Assembly: GCA_963845535.1 (NCBI GenBank)
Contig: CAWJSK010000015.1
Coordinates: forward strand, 128,001-192,000
DNA from: an uncultured Spirochaetota bacterium
GTDB taxonomy: Bacteria; Spirochaetota; Spirochaetia; SZUA-6; Fen-1364
Direction: 5' to 3'
DNA: 64,000 bases
Position numbers and translations under genes: made by a program. Positions 47,346-57,547 of this stretch are shown here, piece after piece. The notes below the pieces were generated by a model that saw nothing but the letters and a program-made list of their open reading frames with translations, did no database searches and had not been told where the DNA came from. Each line of letters starts with the position of its first letter. Position 1 is the first letter of the stretch.

Positions 47346-50039
47346 ATGGTTCGGGAAATCCTGGTCCTTCATCACAGCCATCTCGACGTGGGCTACACCC
47401 ACAGCCAGCCCATTGTCTGGGAGATGCAGCGCGAGTTCATTGACCAGGCGCTCGACATGCTGGCCGGTACCAAGGATTGGCCTCTGTCATCCCAGCCGAA
47501 GTGGACGTGCGAGGTGACCGAGCCCCTCCTGCGCTGGGCGGACCGCGCCGGGGAGAACGATCTGGCGCGGTTCCGGTCATTCCTCGAGGAGGGCCGCATC
47601 GGGATCTCGGCAATGCAGTACAACACCTCGGCCCTGTGCAGCGCGGAAGTGCTGGGCAGGCAGCTTTCACCGCTGCTCGGTCTGCGCTCTCGGTTCGGGG
47701 CGAAGATACGCACGGCAATTCAGCATGACGTCAACGGCGTGCCGTGGCCGCTCGCGGACATGCTGATCGACGCCGGAGTCGAGCTTCTCATCATGGCGGT
47801 GAATGTGGACCATGGGCGCGCGGTGTCTCCCCGGCCCGGCGTGTTCCTGTGGGCAGCGCCGTCGGGCCGTCATCTCATGGTCATGAACGGGAACGCCTAC
47901 ACGATGTTCGACCAGGTCCTCCGCACCTGGGACAACAGCGTGGCAAGTATGAAGAAGGGGTTGTCGGAATACGCGGGTCACCTGGAGCAGATCAGCTACC
48001 CCCATGATTTTCTCTACCTGACAACGACGAACCCGCCGGAAGCCTGGGACAATTCGCCTCCCAATCCGTGGGTGGCGCGTCTCATCAGAGAGTGGAACGA
48101 CACCGTCGGGGATCCCGCCATCCGGTACGTGACCCCCGAGGACCTTCTGGACAAGCTCAAGGGCGTCCCCGTCGCCGCGCTTCCGGTGCTTCGAGGGGAC
48201 TGGACCGACTTCTGGACCTTCGGGTGCGGGAGCACGGCGTATGAGACGGCGGTGAGCAGGCAGGCGCGCTTCACGCTCGAGGCAGCCGACCTGCTTTGGG
48301 CCGCTCGGACCGGCCAGGAGGAATGCGGCGCGCAGAGCGGCACAAGCTCGGGCGCGCAGCCCGAGGGCGAGGACCGCCACGCGCGGCGCGTCAGCGAGAA
48401 TGCGTGGAGCAAGCTCGCCCTGTTTTGCGAGCATACATGGACGCACTGGGACCCCCGCCCGGAAAACCCTCCCGCCCGCGCGCAGTCGCAGCTCAAGGGG
48501 GCTTTTGCCCACGAGGCCCGCGAGCTTGCCGAGTACCTTCTCATCGATGAGCTGGAAGCATTCGCGGGCGGCGAGCTTCAATCCGCGCGCCTGACGCACG
48601 TCCTGGTCGTGAACACCAGCTCCCGAGCGCGCTCCGCGGTCGTCCGCCTGCCGTCCGCGTGGCTCGGCGCCGGCAAGCATTTGCGCGCGCAGCGCTTCAC
48701 GTGGGCATGGCAACGGGATGGAAGGGAGAAGGGCGCCCCGTACGGGCCGATCGACCTGCCCCCCTTCGGCTGGAAAAGGATTCCGGTGGCCGAGCTTGCG
48801 CCGCTGCCGTCCTCCCTGTCCCTGCGTCAGAGGGATGGAAGCGGGAACGAGGCGTTCATCGAATCACCCTTTTACACCGTGACGTATGACCGTTCGACGG
48901 GACAAGTCACCGGCGTACGCGACAAGAGGCTGGGCTGGGAAGTAGTGGCCCCTGACGGGCCGGGGTTCTTTGACATGGTAAGGGAGCGGCCGGACCCGAG
49001 CGTGGATGCAAGCAGGGATGCCATCTACCAGCGGGACCTCGAGAAGGAGAAACTGGACCAATCCTGCTGGAAAACAGAGTGGGTTGCCGAGCGCGAGGGG
49101 CCACGGCAAACCCTTTCCTGCATGGTGTCGAGGGATGAGGACTCCATCACGCTGGAGCGCAGCCTTGCCGGACCCGGTGTGGAGGTCCTCACGCAGAGGA
49201 TCACGCTGCGCTCGGACTCCGATGCGATAGAGCTGGAGGCGACGCTCTGCAAGCGGGATTGCTCAGATCCGGAGGCGGTCTATTTTGCGTTCCCCGTGGA
49301 TCTCCCCCGCGGCTGGCGATGCCACTTCGACACGGCCGGAGTCCCCGTGGAGCTGGATACCGAGCAGCTGCCGGGAAGCTGCAAGGGCTGGATGAGCGTG
49401 GACACTGCGGTGGCGCTGCACGCGCCGGGACGCTGCGTGACGCTTGTCTGTCCTGATTCTACCCTGGTCCAGCCCGGCGGGTTCTTTTTCGGAAGGCTTC
49501 TCAATGAGGTGCCGAGAGGCTCGCGCCCCCTCCTTTTGGCGTGGCCTCTCAACAATTACTGGAATACGAACTTTCCGCTCTCGCAGCCGGGAGTCATCCG
49601 TCTGCGCTACTTCTTTCTCACGTCCGGCAGCTTCGATGCGGCTCGCTCCATGGCCCGCGCGCAGGAACTTATCCACGCTCCCCTGGTGCATCCCGCCTTC
49701 GCTGCGGAAGGCGCTGCCGAGGGAGGTCGCGCCTCGAACGGTCACACTTCGGACGGTCGCGCCCCCGGCAGGGAAGGGAGGCTCCTCCTGGTTGACGCGC
49801 CCCCTGCGGTGCTCGTCAACCACGTGAAGCGCGCCGAGGACGGCAGGGGGGTTGTCGTGCGTCTCATCAACCTTGGCACCGCGGAGACTGTTGCCCGGAT
49901 CCGCCCGGGGAGCGCTCCCGCTGTTCGAGGGTGGGCGTGCGGCACGCTCGAGGATGACAGGCTGGAGCTGCCCGTCGTCAACGGCATGGCGCTCATCACC
50001 CTTCCGCCGCGCCTCCTCATGCTGGCGAGGCTTTGCTGA
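47346..50039 (+). CDS. GH38-like (alpha-mannosidase-type) glycoside hydrolase
   Basis: HHSHLDVGYT, DVNG, DNSPP, GDWTDFW, EHTW, NNYWNTNF and C-terminal VKRAEDG. Confidence 0.85.
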   Translation: MVREILVLHHSHLDVGYTHSQPIVWEMQREFIDQALDMLAGTKDWPLSSQPKWTCEVTEPLLRWADRAGENDLARFRSFLEEGRIGISAMQYNTSALCSAEVLGRQLSPLLGLRSRFGAKIRTAIQHDVNGVPWPLADMLIDAGVELLIMAVNVDHGRAVSPRPGVFLWAAPSGRHLMVMNGNAYTMFDQVLRTWDNSVASMKKGLSEYAGHLEQISYPHDFLYLTTTNPPEAWDNSPPNPWVARLIREWNDTVGDPAIRYVTPEDLLDKLKGVPVAALPVLRGDWTDFWTFGCGSTAYETAVSRQARFTLEAADLLWAARTGQEECGAQSGTSSGAQPEGEDRHARRVSENAWSKLALFCEHTWTHWDPRPENPPARAQSQLKGAFAHEARELAEYLLIDELEAFAGGELQSARLTHVLVVNTSSRARSAVVRLPSAWLGAGKHLRAQRFTWAWQRDGREKGAPYGPIDLPPFGWKRIPVAELAPLPSSLSLRQRDGSGNEAFIESPFYTVTYDRSTGQVTGVRDKRLGWEVVAPDGPGFFDMVRERPDPSVDASRDAIYQRDLEKEKLDQSCWKTEWVAEREGPRQTLSCMVSRDEDSITLERSLAGPGVEVLTQRITLRSDSDAIELEATLCKRDCSDPEAVYFAFPVDLPRGWRCHFDTAGVPVELDTEQLPGSCKGWMSVDTAVALHAPGRCVTLVCPDSTLVQPGGFFFGRLLNEVPRGSRPLLLAWPLNNYWNTNFPLSQPGVIRLRYFFLTSGSFDAARSMARAQELIHAPLVHPAFAAEGAAEGGRASNGHTSDGRAPGREGRLLLVDAPPAVLVNHVKRAEDGRGVVVRLINLGTAETVARIRPGSAPAVRGWACGTLEDDRLELPVVNGMALITLPPRLLMLARLC

Positions 50040-50130
50040 TGGACAAATGGGGCCGTCAGGGAAATCCTTGACAGCCGTCCGGGCTGCTGTTATTCCTGAC
50101 TGGAATCCCTGAGACAAGAGGTACCTGAAT

Positions 50131-51387
50131 ATGAAAGAGCTGCTGAAAATCGACGGGAAGGCGCTGGATTCGATCAACGAGTTCCTGCTGGGAAAGGACA
50201 ACCCGGTGATCGACGAGCTGGTCAGGATTGTTGAAAAGCACGGCGGACCGAAGGCAATCAACAAGGCCGCTACGGAGAACGGAAAGCTGGAAAAGCTCCT
50301 GGAAAGAGTGAAGGCCGCGCGTCCCCGTTACGCTGATGACCTTGCCTGGTTGATCGAGCAGAGGGACGGCAGAAAGTTCATTTCGATGGATGCTTTCCGT
50401 CAGAAAGTGGGGGCGCCAGAGCCCCGCAAAGACGCAAGCTACCAGGTGACGCTGGAAATCTCCGCGCTGCAGTATTTTCCCTGGCTCATTGCGCAGGCGC
50501 GGCAGGCCGTGCAGCACGGTGAGCTGATGCCCGGCAGGTTCATCCGCGTACGGGCAATGAAAGAGCAGGAGGATGACGGTGATCTTCCGGCGGTGGCGGC
50601 CGGCATGAAGATCCTGGGCGCCACCTGGGTAGAATCACTCGACACCCGTGGCACTGACGGGTCGAACGTTCACCTGGGCGGTCCGGATACCATTACCGGG
50701 TACTTCGGCGGCGTGGGCCAGCCCAACGACCACCCCTACCGGTGGGTGGAGGAGTACCTGCACTACTACATGGAATACGGCGTCAAGCAGGTCCTCAACC
50801 TCAACGGAGGGACCGTCCTCGCGGGGTATCTGTTGCACAAGCTGGGCGTGGACATGGAGTTCAAGATCTCGGTCTTCATGGGCAACGACAACCCGCTCAA
50901 CGTGCTCTGGACCCTTCTTACGGCGAAGCTCTTTGCTCGTAAGAACGGCAGCACGTCCCTGACAGGGTTCAATCTTTCCAATTCCGCCAACAACTGGACC
51001 ATCGAAATGGCGTCCGGAGCCCGGGCGGCGCTCGGTTTCGAAGACAAGGTGCGCTTCGAGCACCATATCACCGAGACGTGGAAGAGCATAGTCCGTCAGC
51101 CCTACGACAAGCTGGATGAGCTGGTCGAGGTTGCCCAGAAGGTCAGGAACATTTCCGCCAAGCACGAGGGGGGAATCCCCAGCACGGAAGGGAAGCGGGA
51201 GCACGCCTCCGACATCCTCGACTATTTCATGGCGCGCTCGGAGGTGGAGGCGAAGGGCCTCATGCCGGCGATGGAGCGCAACTACCTGGACAAGCATGAC
51301 GCGGTTCAGAGGACAGCCCGGGCGCTTCTGGGGGCCGGGATTCCCGTTCTGGCCGCGCCGACGCTGCACCACAGCTCTGGCTCATAG
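50131..51387 (+). CDS. conserved hypothetical protein
   Basis: 418-aa ORF with typical codon use, GAGG RBS and enzyme-like motifs (LDTRGTDGSN, FKISVFMG.DN, RFEHH, SAKHEGG). No family recognised. Confidence 0.8.
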   Translation: MKELLKIDGKALDSINEFLLGKDNPVIDELVRIVEKHGGPKAINKAATENGKLEKLLERVKAARPRYADDLAWLIEQRDGRKFISMDAFRQKVGAPEPRKDASYQVTLEISALQYFPWLIAQARQAVQHGELMPGRFIRVRAMKEQEDDGDLPAVAAGMKILGATWVESLDTRGTDGSNVHLGGPDTITGYFGGVGQPNDHPYRWVEEYLHYYMEYGVKQVLNLNGGTVLAGYLLHKLGVDMEFKISVFMGNDNPLNVLWTLLTAKLFARKNGSTSLTGFNLSNSANNWTIEMASGARAALGFEDKVRFEHHITETWKSIVRQPYDKLDELVEVAQKVRNISAKHEGGIPSTEGKREHASDILDYFMARSEVEAKGLMPAMERNYLDKHDAVQRTARALLGAGIPVLAAPTLHHSSGS

Positions 51388-51483
51388 CGGGCCCGGCTCC
51401 GAGGGTGCTCTGGCTCATCGCGGGTCCGGCCCCCTGGGCCGCCCTGGCTCGTAGCGCGCCCGGGCTCCCGCGGCTGCCCTGGC
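51375..51483. repeat. degenerate 33-35 bp tandem repeat (3 units plus a partial)
   Basis: Units begin C[TC]CTGGCTC[AG]T[AC]GCG at 51375, 51408 and 51442, with partial CCCTGGC at 51477. Confidence 0.7.
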
Positions 51484-51540
51484 GTTTTCGTTCTTGTTCG
51501 ATTAAGATGCGGGAAATGCAAAAACAGGGGGATGGGAGAA

Positions 51541-53226
51541 ATGAAGTCAACCTCAATGCACTTCTGTGCGGTCATGCTTGCGGCGCTGGCACTGGGCGCA
51601 TGCTCCACTGTTGGCGGCGGACACGGCACGGGACCCATTGACTCCTTCGCTTTCGCGGGCTCATCGAATCCCGGCCTTCCCCGGGACGTGGTCGGGAGGA
51701 TCATTGCCCAGGGAGAGCCGGAGCTCGTCATCGCCGTTGTCCCGCATGGGGTCGACATCCACAAGCTGATTGCAACCGTCCAGCTCAACACACAAGCGAT
51801 CATTTCGGTCATCACGGGTGACAATCGGATCGTGCAGACCAACGGGATAACGGCCAACGATTTCACTTCTCCCGTGCTCTACTCCATCGAGATCCCCGGC
51901 GAAAAGGAACCGTGGATGTACCGCGTGGTGGTGAGGGAGGCGGATACGAACGCGCGCCTGTCCCAGGTCACGCTTCCTGCGCGCGCCGTGCTGCAGCCGG
52001 CGTTCAGCTCGGTGGTTGACCAGTACACCATCCAGGTTCCGTTTGAGACCAAGAGCCTGAGCATTGCCGCCCTTGCGCAGAGCGCCAACCCTCAAAGCAT
52101 AGCCATTGGCGGAACATCCACGCCCGGCCATCTGGCGGTGGCGGAGGTGGATTTTTCCTCAGGCCAGCAGACCACGTTCCCCATCACCGTCCTTGCGGAG
52201 GACGGCACCACCCGCATGCGCTACACGTTCGTAGTGAAACGCAATCCGCCTGACCGTGACGCCCTCCTCGGCGTCCTGTACATCCCGGACGCGGTTTTCA
52301 GCCAGCCGTTCGCGCCGAACAAGTTCGCGTACTCCGCGTCCGTGTCCTTCGAGGTGCGCGAGGTCGTGCTCAATGCGCAGGCGCAGAGCCCGTACGGCTC
52401 CGTGAGCCTGACCATCCCGGGCGCCTCCGGCGGCCCGGTTGCGTTAGCCCGCGGCGCGAGCGCCGGCAATGTGCGGGTGGATTTCCCGTCCGGCGGGAGG
52501 CTCCCGCTCATCCTCACCGTCACGGCCCAGGACGGGACCACGCAAAGATACAACCTGGAGATCCTCCGCAGGGAGGCGAACAACAACAACAGGCTTTCGG
52601 ACCTGGTGGTCTCCGACGCCCCCCTCACGCCGCAGTTCAAGCCGGATACCCTGGCGTACATGGCGGAGGTGCCGTTTTCAATGAGCCGGCTGACCATCCG
52701 GACGCTGCCGCAGGACAGGAACGCGGCCATCACCATAGAAACCGCCCAGGCCGCCGGTCCAAACGCTTCTCCGCCGCCCTCTCTTCGCGCCTACCCCGGG
52801 GACCCGGCCGGCGTGCAGATCGACTTCAATGAGCCGGAGATGAAAGGCCTCAATATCGTGGCAACGGCGCAGAACGGGGAGACCCTGCGGTACACGCTCC
52901 TCCTGCACAGGTCCGCTCCTGACCGCACGGTGGATCTCGCTTCGCTCACCGCTTCTGCCGGCACACTCGCTCCCGCCGTCTCCCCCAAGGTGGACACATA
53001 CACGCTGAAGTTGCCGTCTGACGCCACCGGCGTTCAGCTCACCGCCACGGCGGCCAGCGCGTTCGCCCGCGTGGCGGCTGAAGGGGATCTGGCGCGTTCG
53101 CAGAGCGCGACAATTCCGGTGGATGCGGACCCCGGACAGAAGGTGACAGTCAGGTTCTATGTCACCGCCGAAGATGGAACGCAGAAGCTTTTCCAGGTCC
53201 AGGTGTCGCGCGACCTGCCGAAGTAG
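51541..53226 (+). CDS. surface lipoprotein with four cadherin-like beta-sandwich repeats
   Basis: LGAC lipobox; repeats ending VLAEDGT, VTAQDGT, ATAQNGE and VTAEDGT, each preceded by an L.P.F....Y-like motif. Confidence 0.85.
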   Translation: MKSTSMHFCAVMLAALALGACSTVGGGHGTGPIDSFAFAGSSNPGLPRDVVGRIIAQGEPELVIAVVPHGVDIHKLIATVQLNTQAIISVITGDNRIVQTNGITANDFTSPVLYSIEIPGEKEPWMYRVVVREADTNARLSQVTLPARAVLQPAFSSVVDQYTIQVPFETKSLSIAALAQSANPQSIAIGGTSTPGHLAVAEVDFSSGQQTTFPITVLAEDGTTRMRYTFVVKRNPPDRDALLGVLYIPDAVFSQPFAPNKFAYSASVSFEVREVVLNAQAQSPYGSVSLTIPGASGGPVALARGASAGNVRVDFPSGGRLPLILTVTAQDGTTQRYNLEILRREANNNNRLSDLVVSDAPLTPQFKPDTLAYMAEVPFSMSRLTIRTLPQDRNAAITIETAQAAGPNASPPPSLRAYPGDPAGVQIDFNEPEMKGLNIVATAQNGETLRYTLLLHRSAPDRTVDLASLTASAGTLAPAVSPKVDTYTLKLPSDATGVQLTATAASAFARVAAEGDLARSQSATIPVDADPGQKVTVRFYVTAEDGTQKLFQVQVSRDLPK

Positions 53227-53271
53227 GTGAACGCGGCCTCGCAGCGCGCGGGGCGCACCGTCCCGTTTTGA

Positions 53272-53853
53272 TCAGCCGTAGACGGCCTGGATGAGGTCCT
53301 CTTCTGACCGCTTGGGAACGTGGTGGGTCCCCTCGGGATCACGGTAATACTTGATCGAACCCTCGGGCGGCAGCGCTTCCAGGACCACTTTTTCCACCGG
53401 CGTGCCGATTGCGATGACAAGAGCAATCGAAAGGCGCGGGGGGAGGGCAAGGGCTTCCGCAAGTTGCTCACGCTTGATTGCTCCGAACATGCATCCCCCC
53501 AACCCTTGAGCCGTGGCCGCCAGGAGAATGGTCTGAGCGGCTATCCCCACGTCGATGTCCGCGGACCGGGAAATGTCCGTGTCGAGGAGCACGACGATGT
53601 AAGCGGTTGGCCGTTCCTCAGGACTCGGCCCCGGCCAGTCCTTGAGGTACGCCGCCCACGCGAGGGACTGGAAAATCCGTTCGTTCATCTGGGGCGAGCA
53701 GGAGAGGACGTACTTCAGCGGCTGCCTGTTTGCGGCCGAGGGGACCCGCCGCGCCAGGGCTATCAGCCCCTTCAGCACGGTCATTGAGACCGCGGCGCCA
53801 GCGTTGAACCTTCGGTAGCTGCGGCACTTCGTGACAAGCTCGTACATTTCCAT
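53272..53853 (-). CDS. nitroreductase-family protein
   Basis: CRSYRRF, PSAANRQPL, GLGGC and VPKR. Confidence 0.92.
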   Translation of the reverse strand: MEMYELVTKCRSYRRFNAGAAVSMTVLKGLIALARRVPSAANRQPLKYVLSCSPQMNERIFQSLAWAAYLKDWPGPSPEERPTAYIVVLLDTDISRSADIDVGIAAQTILLAATAQGLGGCMFGAIKREQLAEALALPPRLSIALVIAIGTPVEKVVLEALPPEGSIKYYRDPEGTHHVPKRSEEDLIQAVYG

Positions 53854-53993
53854 GGTGAGGTGGATTCTATCGCCCCGGCGGCGCACGTGCAAAGAGCCGT
53901 TTTATGGTGAGCCCGACCGCGCTTCTGTACGGCGCCGATCTGTGCTTAACTATCGCGTTCCATAGTTTGTAAGAGCTGAAGGGACGCAAACAC

Positions 53994-55280
53994 ATGACAG
54001 AGCGCTTCGACCTCGTGATCGTCGGGACAGGGCCGGCAGGCCTGGGGGCGGCGTTCGCCTTCCGGGAGGCGCGCCCCGCGAGCTCCATCCTGCTCATCGA
54101 CAAATCCTCCCTGAGCACCGGCGGCTTGTGCAATGACTGCAAGATGAACTTCACTTTCCCCATCGGCTTTCCCCTGGAGTACTGGGACCGGTCCGCCGCG
54201 GAGAAATACCTGGGAGTTGTGGGCGCCCGGCTCCAGCCCCGGATCCTCTCGAAGAGCAACCTCCGGATTTACGCGAACAGGGCGCAGAAGCTCGGCGTAG
54301 AGCTTCTGGAGGTCCGCCAGAGCCATCTGGGAACGGACGGCGGCGTGGCGCTGGCGCGCGCCATGACGGAGGAGCTGGCGAAAGCGGGAGCGGCCGTGTC
54401 CCTGGGAGAGACGGCGCTCGACGTCCGGGAAGTCGACCACCTGCTCGTGACGGATCGACGGGAGATCAGCTTTGGAAACCTCGTCATTGCGCCCGGCCGC
54501 AAGGGTTTCGCGTTCCTTCAAGCGCTCATGGACAGGTTGGAAGTCCCGTATGTCGACAACGTGGTCGACATCGGTCTTCGCCTCGAAGCGCGGGAGGACA
54601 ACTACCCCATCGTGCGGGACTACTACGACCCGAAGTTCCATTTCCCGCAGAAAGTGCGCACGTTCTGCACGAACAGCGGACGGGCGTTCGTGGTCAAGGA
54701 GAGGTATGAGGACGCGGACGGACGCGTGTACTTCAGCGTGAACGGCCACGCGTTTTCCAAGCGGGGGCAGGCGAACGGCCTCGTCAACTTCGCGCTCCTC
54801 AAGACCGTGCGGTTCACCGAGCCCCTGGCAAGCGGCCAGGAGTTCGCGCAGATGCTGGGCCAGCAAGCCATGCTCATGGGCGGAGGCCAGCCGCTCATGC
54901 AGCGCGTAGGGGATTTTCGCCTCGGCAAGCGGTCCAAGGCGGAGAGCTTCAATGAGGACCTGTATGACTTTGCGCCGACTCTTTCCGCCTGCACGCCGGG
55001 CGACATCGCCCTTGCCATGCCCTCCAAGATCCTGCGCGCAATCTGGCGTTCGATGAAAGTCCTGGACACGATCATCCCCGGAGTCCTGCATCCTTCCACC
55101 ATCATGTACTATCCCGAGATCAAGCTGTACGGAAACAGGCCGCGTTTCATCGACGCAAGCTTCCAGGCCCGGCCGGGAATCTGGATGATCGGGGACGGGG
55201 CCGGTACAAGCCGGGGGATCACGGCGGCCTGGGCAAGCGGCATACGCGCCGCGGAGGGCATCCTCTCGAACGCTCGCTGA
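53994..55280 (+). CDS. FAD-dependent oxidoreductase (COG2509-like)
   Basis: VGTGPAG, SHLGTD, VRTFCTN, VNGH and GDGAGTSRG. Confidence 0.85.
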   Translation: MTERFDLVIVGTGPAGLGAAFAFREARPASSILLIDKSSLSTGGLCNDCKMNFTFPIGFPLEYWDRSAAEKYLGVVGARLQPRILSKSNLRIYANRAQKLGVELLEVRQSHLGTDGGVALARAMTEELAKAGAAVSLGETALDVREVDHLLVTDRREISFGNLVIAPGRKGFAFLQALMDRLEVPYVDNVVDIGLRLEAREDNYPIVRDYYDPKFHFPQKVRTFCTNSGRAFVVKERYEDADGRVYFSVNGHAFSKRGQANGLVNFALLKTVRFTEPLASGQEFAQMLGQQAMLMGGGQPLMQRVGDFRLGKRSKAESFNEDLYDFAPTLSACTPGDIALAMPSKILRAIWRSMKVLDTIIPGVLHPSTIMYYPEIKLYGNRPRFIDASFQARPGIWMIGDGAGTSRGITAAWASGIRAAEGILSNAR

Positions 55281-55341
55281 CGGTTCGCATCCTGCGGGGT
55301 GAGCAGCCGTCTCGGCGGAAGCCTCATGCGCACGCCTGAAG

Positions 55342-55380
55342 AATAACTGATTCTTAACGTTATCCTAATTGAAAGCTAAT
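55342..55380 (+). promoter_or_regulatory. Pho-box-like 11-bp-period direct repeats upstream of phnG
   Basis: AATAAC (55342), CTTAAC (55353), CCTAAT (55364) and GCTAAT (55375), exactly 11 nt apart. Confidence 0.75.
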
Positions 55381-55405
55381 GCAGGGCTGCTTCTGTGATC
55401 CCGCC

Positions 55406-55816
55406 ATGATGGAGTACTCACAGATCGCGGCAGAGGGAAGGGCCGAAGCGGTGCGAGAGATTGCGCAAGCCATCGTGGACCGGCTGCCCGTCAGGATGCT
55501 CAAGCCTCCCTCTGCCGGCATGGTCATGGTCAGACAGATCGACCCGCTGGAAAACATCCCCTTCCTGCTCGGAGAGGCGTATGTCACCGAATGCGAGGTC
55601 GAGGTGGATGGCTCGGCCGGCTACGGATGCGTCCTCGGCTCGGACGAAGAGCGCGCTTTGTGCAGCGCGCTGCTGGACGCGGTAGTGGGCGGGGGCCACC
55701 CCAAGGCCTCGGAGATTACGCCCCTCCTCGAAGCCGAGGAAAAGCGGATCAGGCAGCGATGGGATGCGGAAAGCACGGCCGCAGCGAGCACCCGCGTCAG
55801 CTTCGAGACGCGATAA
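55406..55816 (+). CDS. phnG: C-P lyase subunit PhnG
   Basis: P.AGMVMV...FLLGEAYVTECEV...ALLDA...TRVSFET; first gene of the phn cluster. Confidence 0.88.
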   Translation: MMEYSQIAAEGRAEAVREIAQAIVDRLPVRMLKPPSAGMVMVRQIDPLENIPFLLGEAYVTECEVEVDGSAGYGCVLGSDEERALCSALLDAVVGGGHPKASEITPLLEAEEKRIRQRWDAESTAAASTRVSFETR

Positions 55817-55844
55817 GGGCCTGAGGGAATGAAGAGACCGGGAA

Positions 55845-56456
55845 ATGGTTCGTGAGACGGCTTTTGACGAGGTGTTCGACAGCCAGGCGACCTTCCGGGT
55901 CATGCTGGACTGCCTGAGCAGACCCGGCAACATCCGCACCGTTCCCGCGAGACCCTACGAGCTGGCGCCGGCGGAGTTCTGTCCCTCCGTGCTCTCTCTC
56001 CTGAAGACCGTGTGCGATCACCGTGTGTCTTTTTCGATCGGATCCCCCGCCTCCAGGCCTGATTGGGTGGCATATCTCGAGATGAACCTGTCCACTCCTT
56101 TCCGCCAGGTGAATGAGGCGGAGTATGCGCTTTTCGAGGGAGGGACGTTCGACCCGGATTTCTCCCGCCTGAATCGGGGGACGCTCGAGTTCCCGGAGAG
56201 CTCCGCCACCGCCTTCATTTGCGTGCAACGGCTTTCGGATGAGAAGCCGTCCGGCGTGCCTTCCCGCGAGCTTCGCGTAAAAGGACCCGGCGTGAGGGAC
56301 CTGACGGTCCTCTCGGTCACCGGTCTGGACGCGCGCTACCTGGAAGAGCGCTCGCAGGCGAACAGGTTCTACCCTTTGGGGATCGACCTCTTTCTCGTGG
56401 ACGCGGAAGGAAGAGTGGCCGGCATCCCGCGCACGAGCGCCGTGGAGGTCCGCTGA
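55845..56456 (+). CDS. phnH: C-P lyase subunit PhnH
   Basis: SQATFR..LD.LSRPG, GTLEFPESSAT, GPG, YPLGID and GIPRT. Confidence 0.93.
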   Translation: MVRETAFDEVFDSQATFRVMLDCLSRPGNIRTVPARPYELAPAEFCPSVLSLLKTVCDHRVSFSIGSPASRPDWVAYLEMNLSTPFRQVNEAEYALFEGGTFDPDFSRLNRGTLEFPESSATAFICVQRLSDEKPSGVPSRELRVKGPGVRDLTVLSVTGLDARYLEERSQANRFYPLGIDLFLVDAEGRVAGIPRTSAVEVR

Positions 56457-57547
56457 TGGGATACGTCGCGGTCCAGGGCGGGGTCACCGCCATCGAGAGC
56501 TCCCAGAAGCTCAATCGATATCTGAGGCTCAAAGGCTCGAGCGCGCCGCTCACGGTCAGTCAGATCATGGAGCAGATGGGCCCGCTCGTCGACAGGGTGA
56601 TGAGCGAAGGGGGGCTTTTCTCACCGTTTCACGCGGCGCTTGCCATCAAACAGGCGTCCGGCGACCCTATCGAAGCGGCCTTCCTCCTTCGGGCCTACCG
56701 GTCCACGCTTCGCCGCCTCGTGGACAGCCTTCCCGTCCATACGGAGGAGATGCGAATCCTGCGGCGCATCTCCAGCGCGTTCAAGACCATCCCGGGAGGG
56801 CAGGTCCTGGGCTCCACGTCGGACTACGAGCAGAGGATCCTCGATTTTTCACTCGCGGAGGAGACCACGGAGACGCAGCAGCGGGTTGTCGGCGAGTTCG
56901 AGGCAGGGCTCGAAAACGCGAACGACCCGCTGGAGCCCGCCCGCTTCCGCAAGGTGGTGGACATGCTTCGTGATCAGGACCTGGTTCCGCCCGTGCCGCC
57001 GGCTTCCCCTGCGGAGCCCACCGACATCACCCAGGAGTCCGCCACGTTCCCTCTGGACCGAAGCGGGAGGCTGCAGATGCTTGCACGCGCGGAGACGGGA
57101 GGCGTGCTTGCCCTGGCGTACAGCAGCATGCGCGGGTACGGAAGCATCCACCCGACCGTCGGTGAGCTGCGCGTGGGCCGCGTGGCGGTCCGGATCCCGC
57201 ATCCCTGGCGCAAAGGTTCGGCGCTCACGCTCGGTTCCGTGTCGATCACGGAGGTGGAGATCGTGGCTTCCGTCCAGCGCGCGGATGACGGGGCAAAGCC
57301 GACTTTCACCCTGGGATACGGCTCTTGTTTCGGCCACAACGAGGTGAAGGCGATCTCTCTGGGCGTGCTCGACCGGGCCATGCGGTCAACGTCCCCTCAC
57401 GCTCCGGCGGAGGACCAGGAGTTCGTTCTCCTGCACACCGACGGCGTGGAGTCATCCGGCTTCTGCTCCCACTTCAAGCTCCCGCATTACGTTACGTTCC
57501 AGGCTGACCTCGACAGGCTCCGCACCCAGAGGGGTGGTGAAGAATGA
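56456..57547 (+). CDS. phnI: C-P lyase subunit PhnI
   Basis: MGYVAVQGG, EAAFLLRAYRSTL, RRISSAFK and HFKLPHYVTFQ. Confidence 0.96.
   Translation: MGYVAVQGGVTAIESSQKLNRYLRLKGSSAPLTVSQIMEQMGPLVDRVMSEGGLFSPFHAALAIKQASGDPIEAAFLLRAYRSTLRRLVDSLPVHTEEMRILRRISSAFKTIPGGQVLGSTSDYEQRILDFSLAEETTETQQRVVGEFEAGLENANDPLEPARFRKVVDMLRDQDLVPPVPPASPAEPTDITQESATFPLDRSGRLQMLARAETGGVLALAYSSMRGYGSIHPTVGELRVGRVAVRIPHPWRKGSALTLGSVSITEVEIVASVQRADDGAKPTFTLGYGSCFGHNEVKAISLGVLDRAMRSTSPHAPAEDQEFVLLHTDGVESSGFCSHFKLPHYVTFQADLDRLRTQRGGEE

Noticed and set aside
51375..51483. Mini CRISPR array
   Set aside because: Period is only 33-35 bp with no unique spacers, and there are no cas genes.
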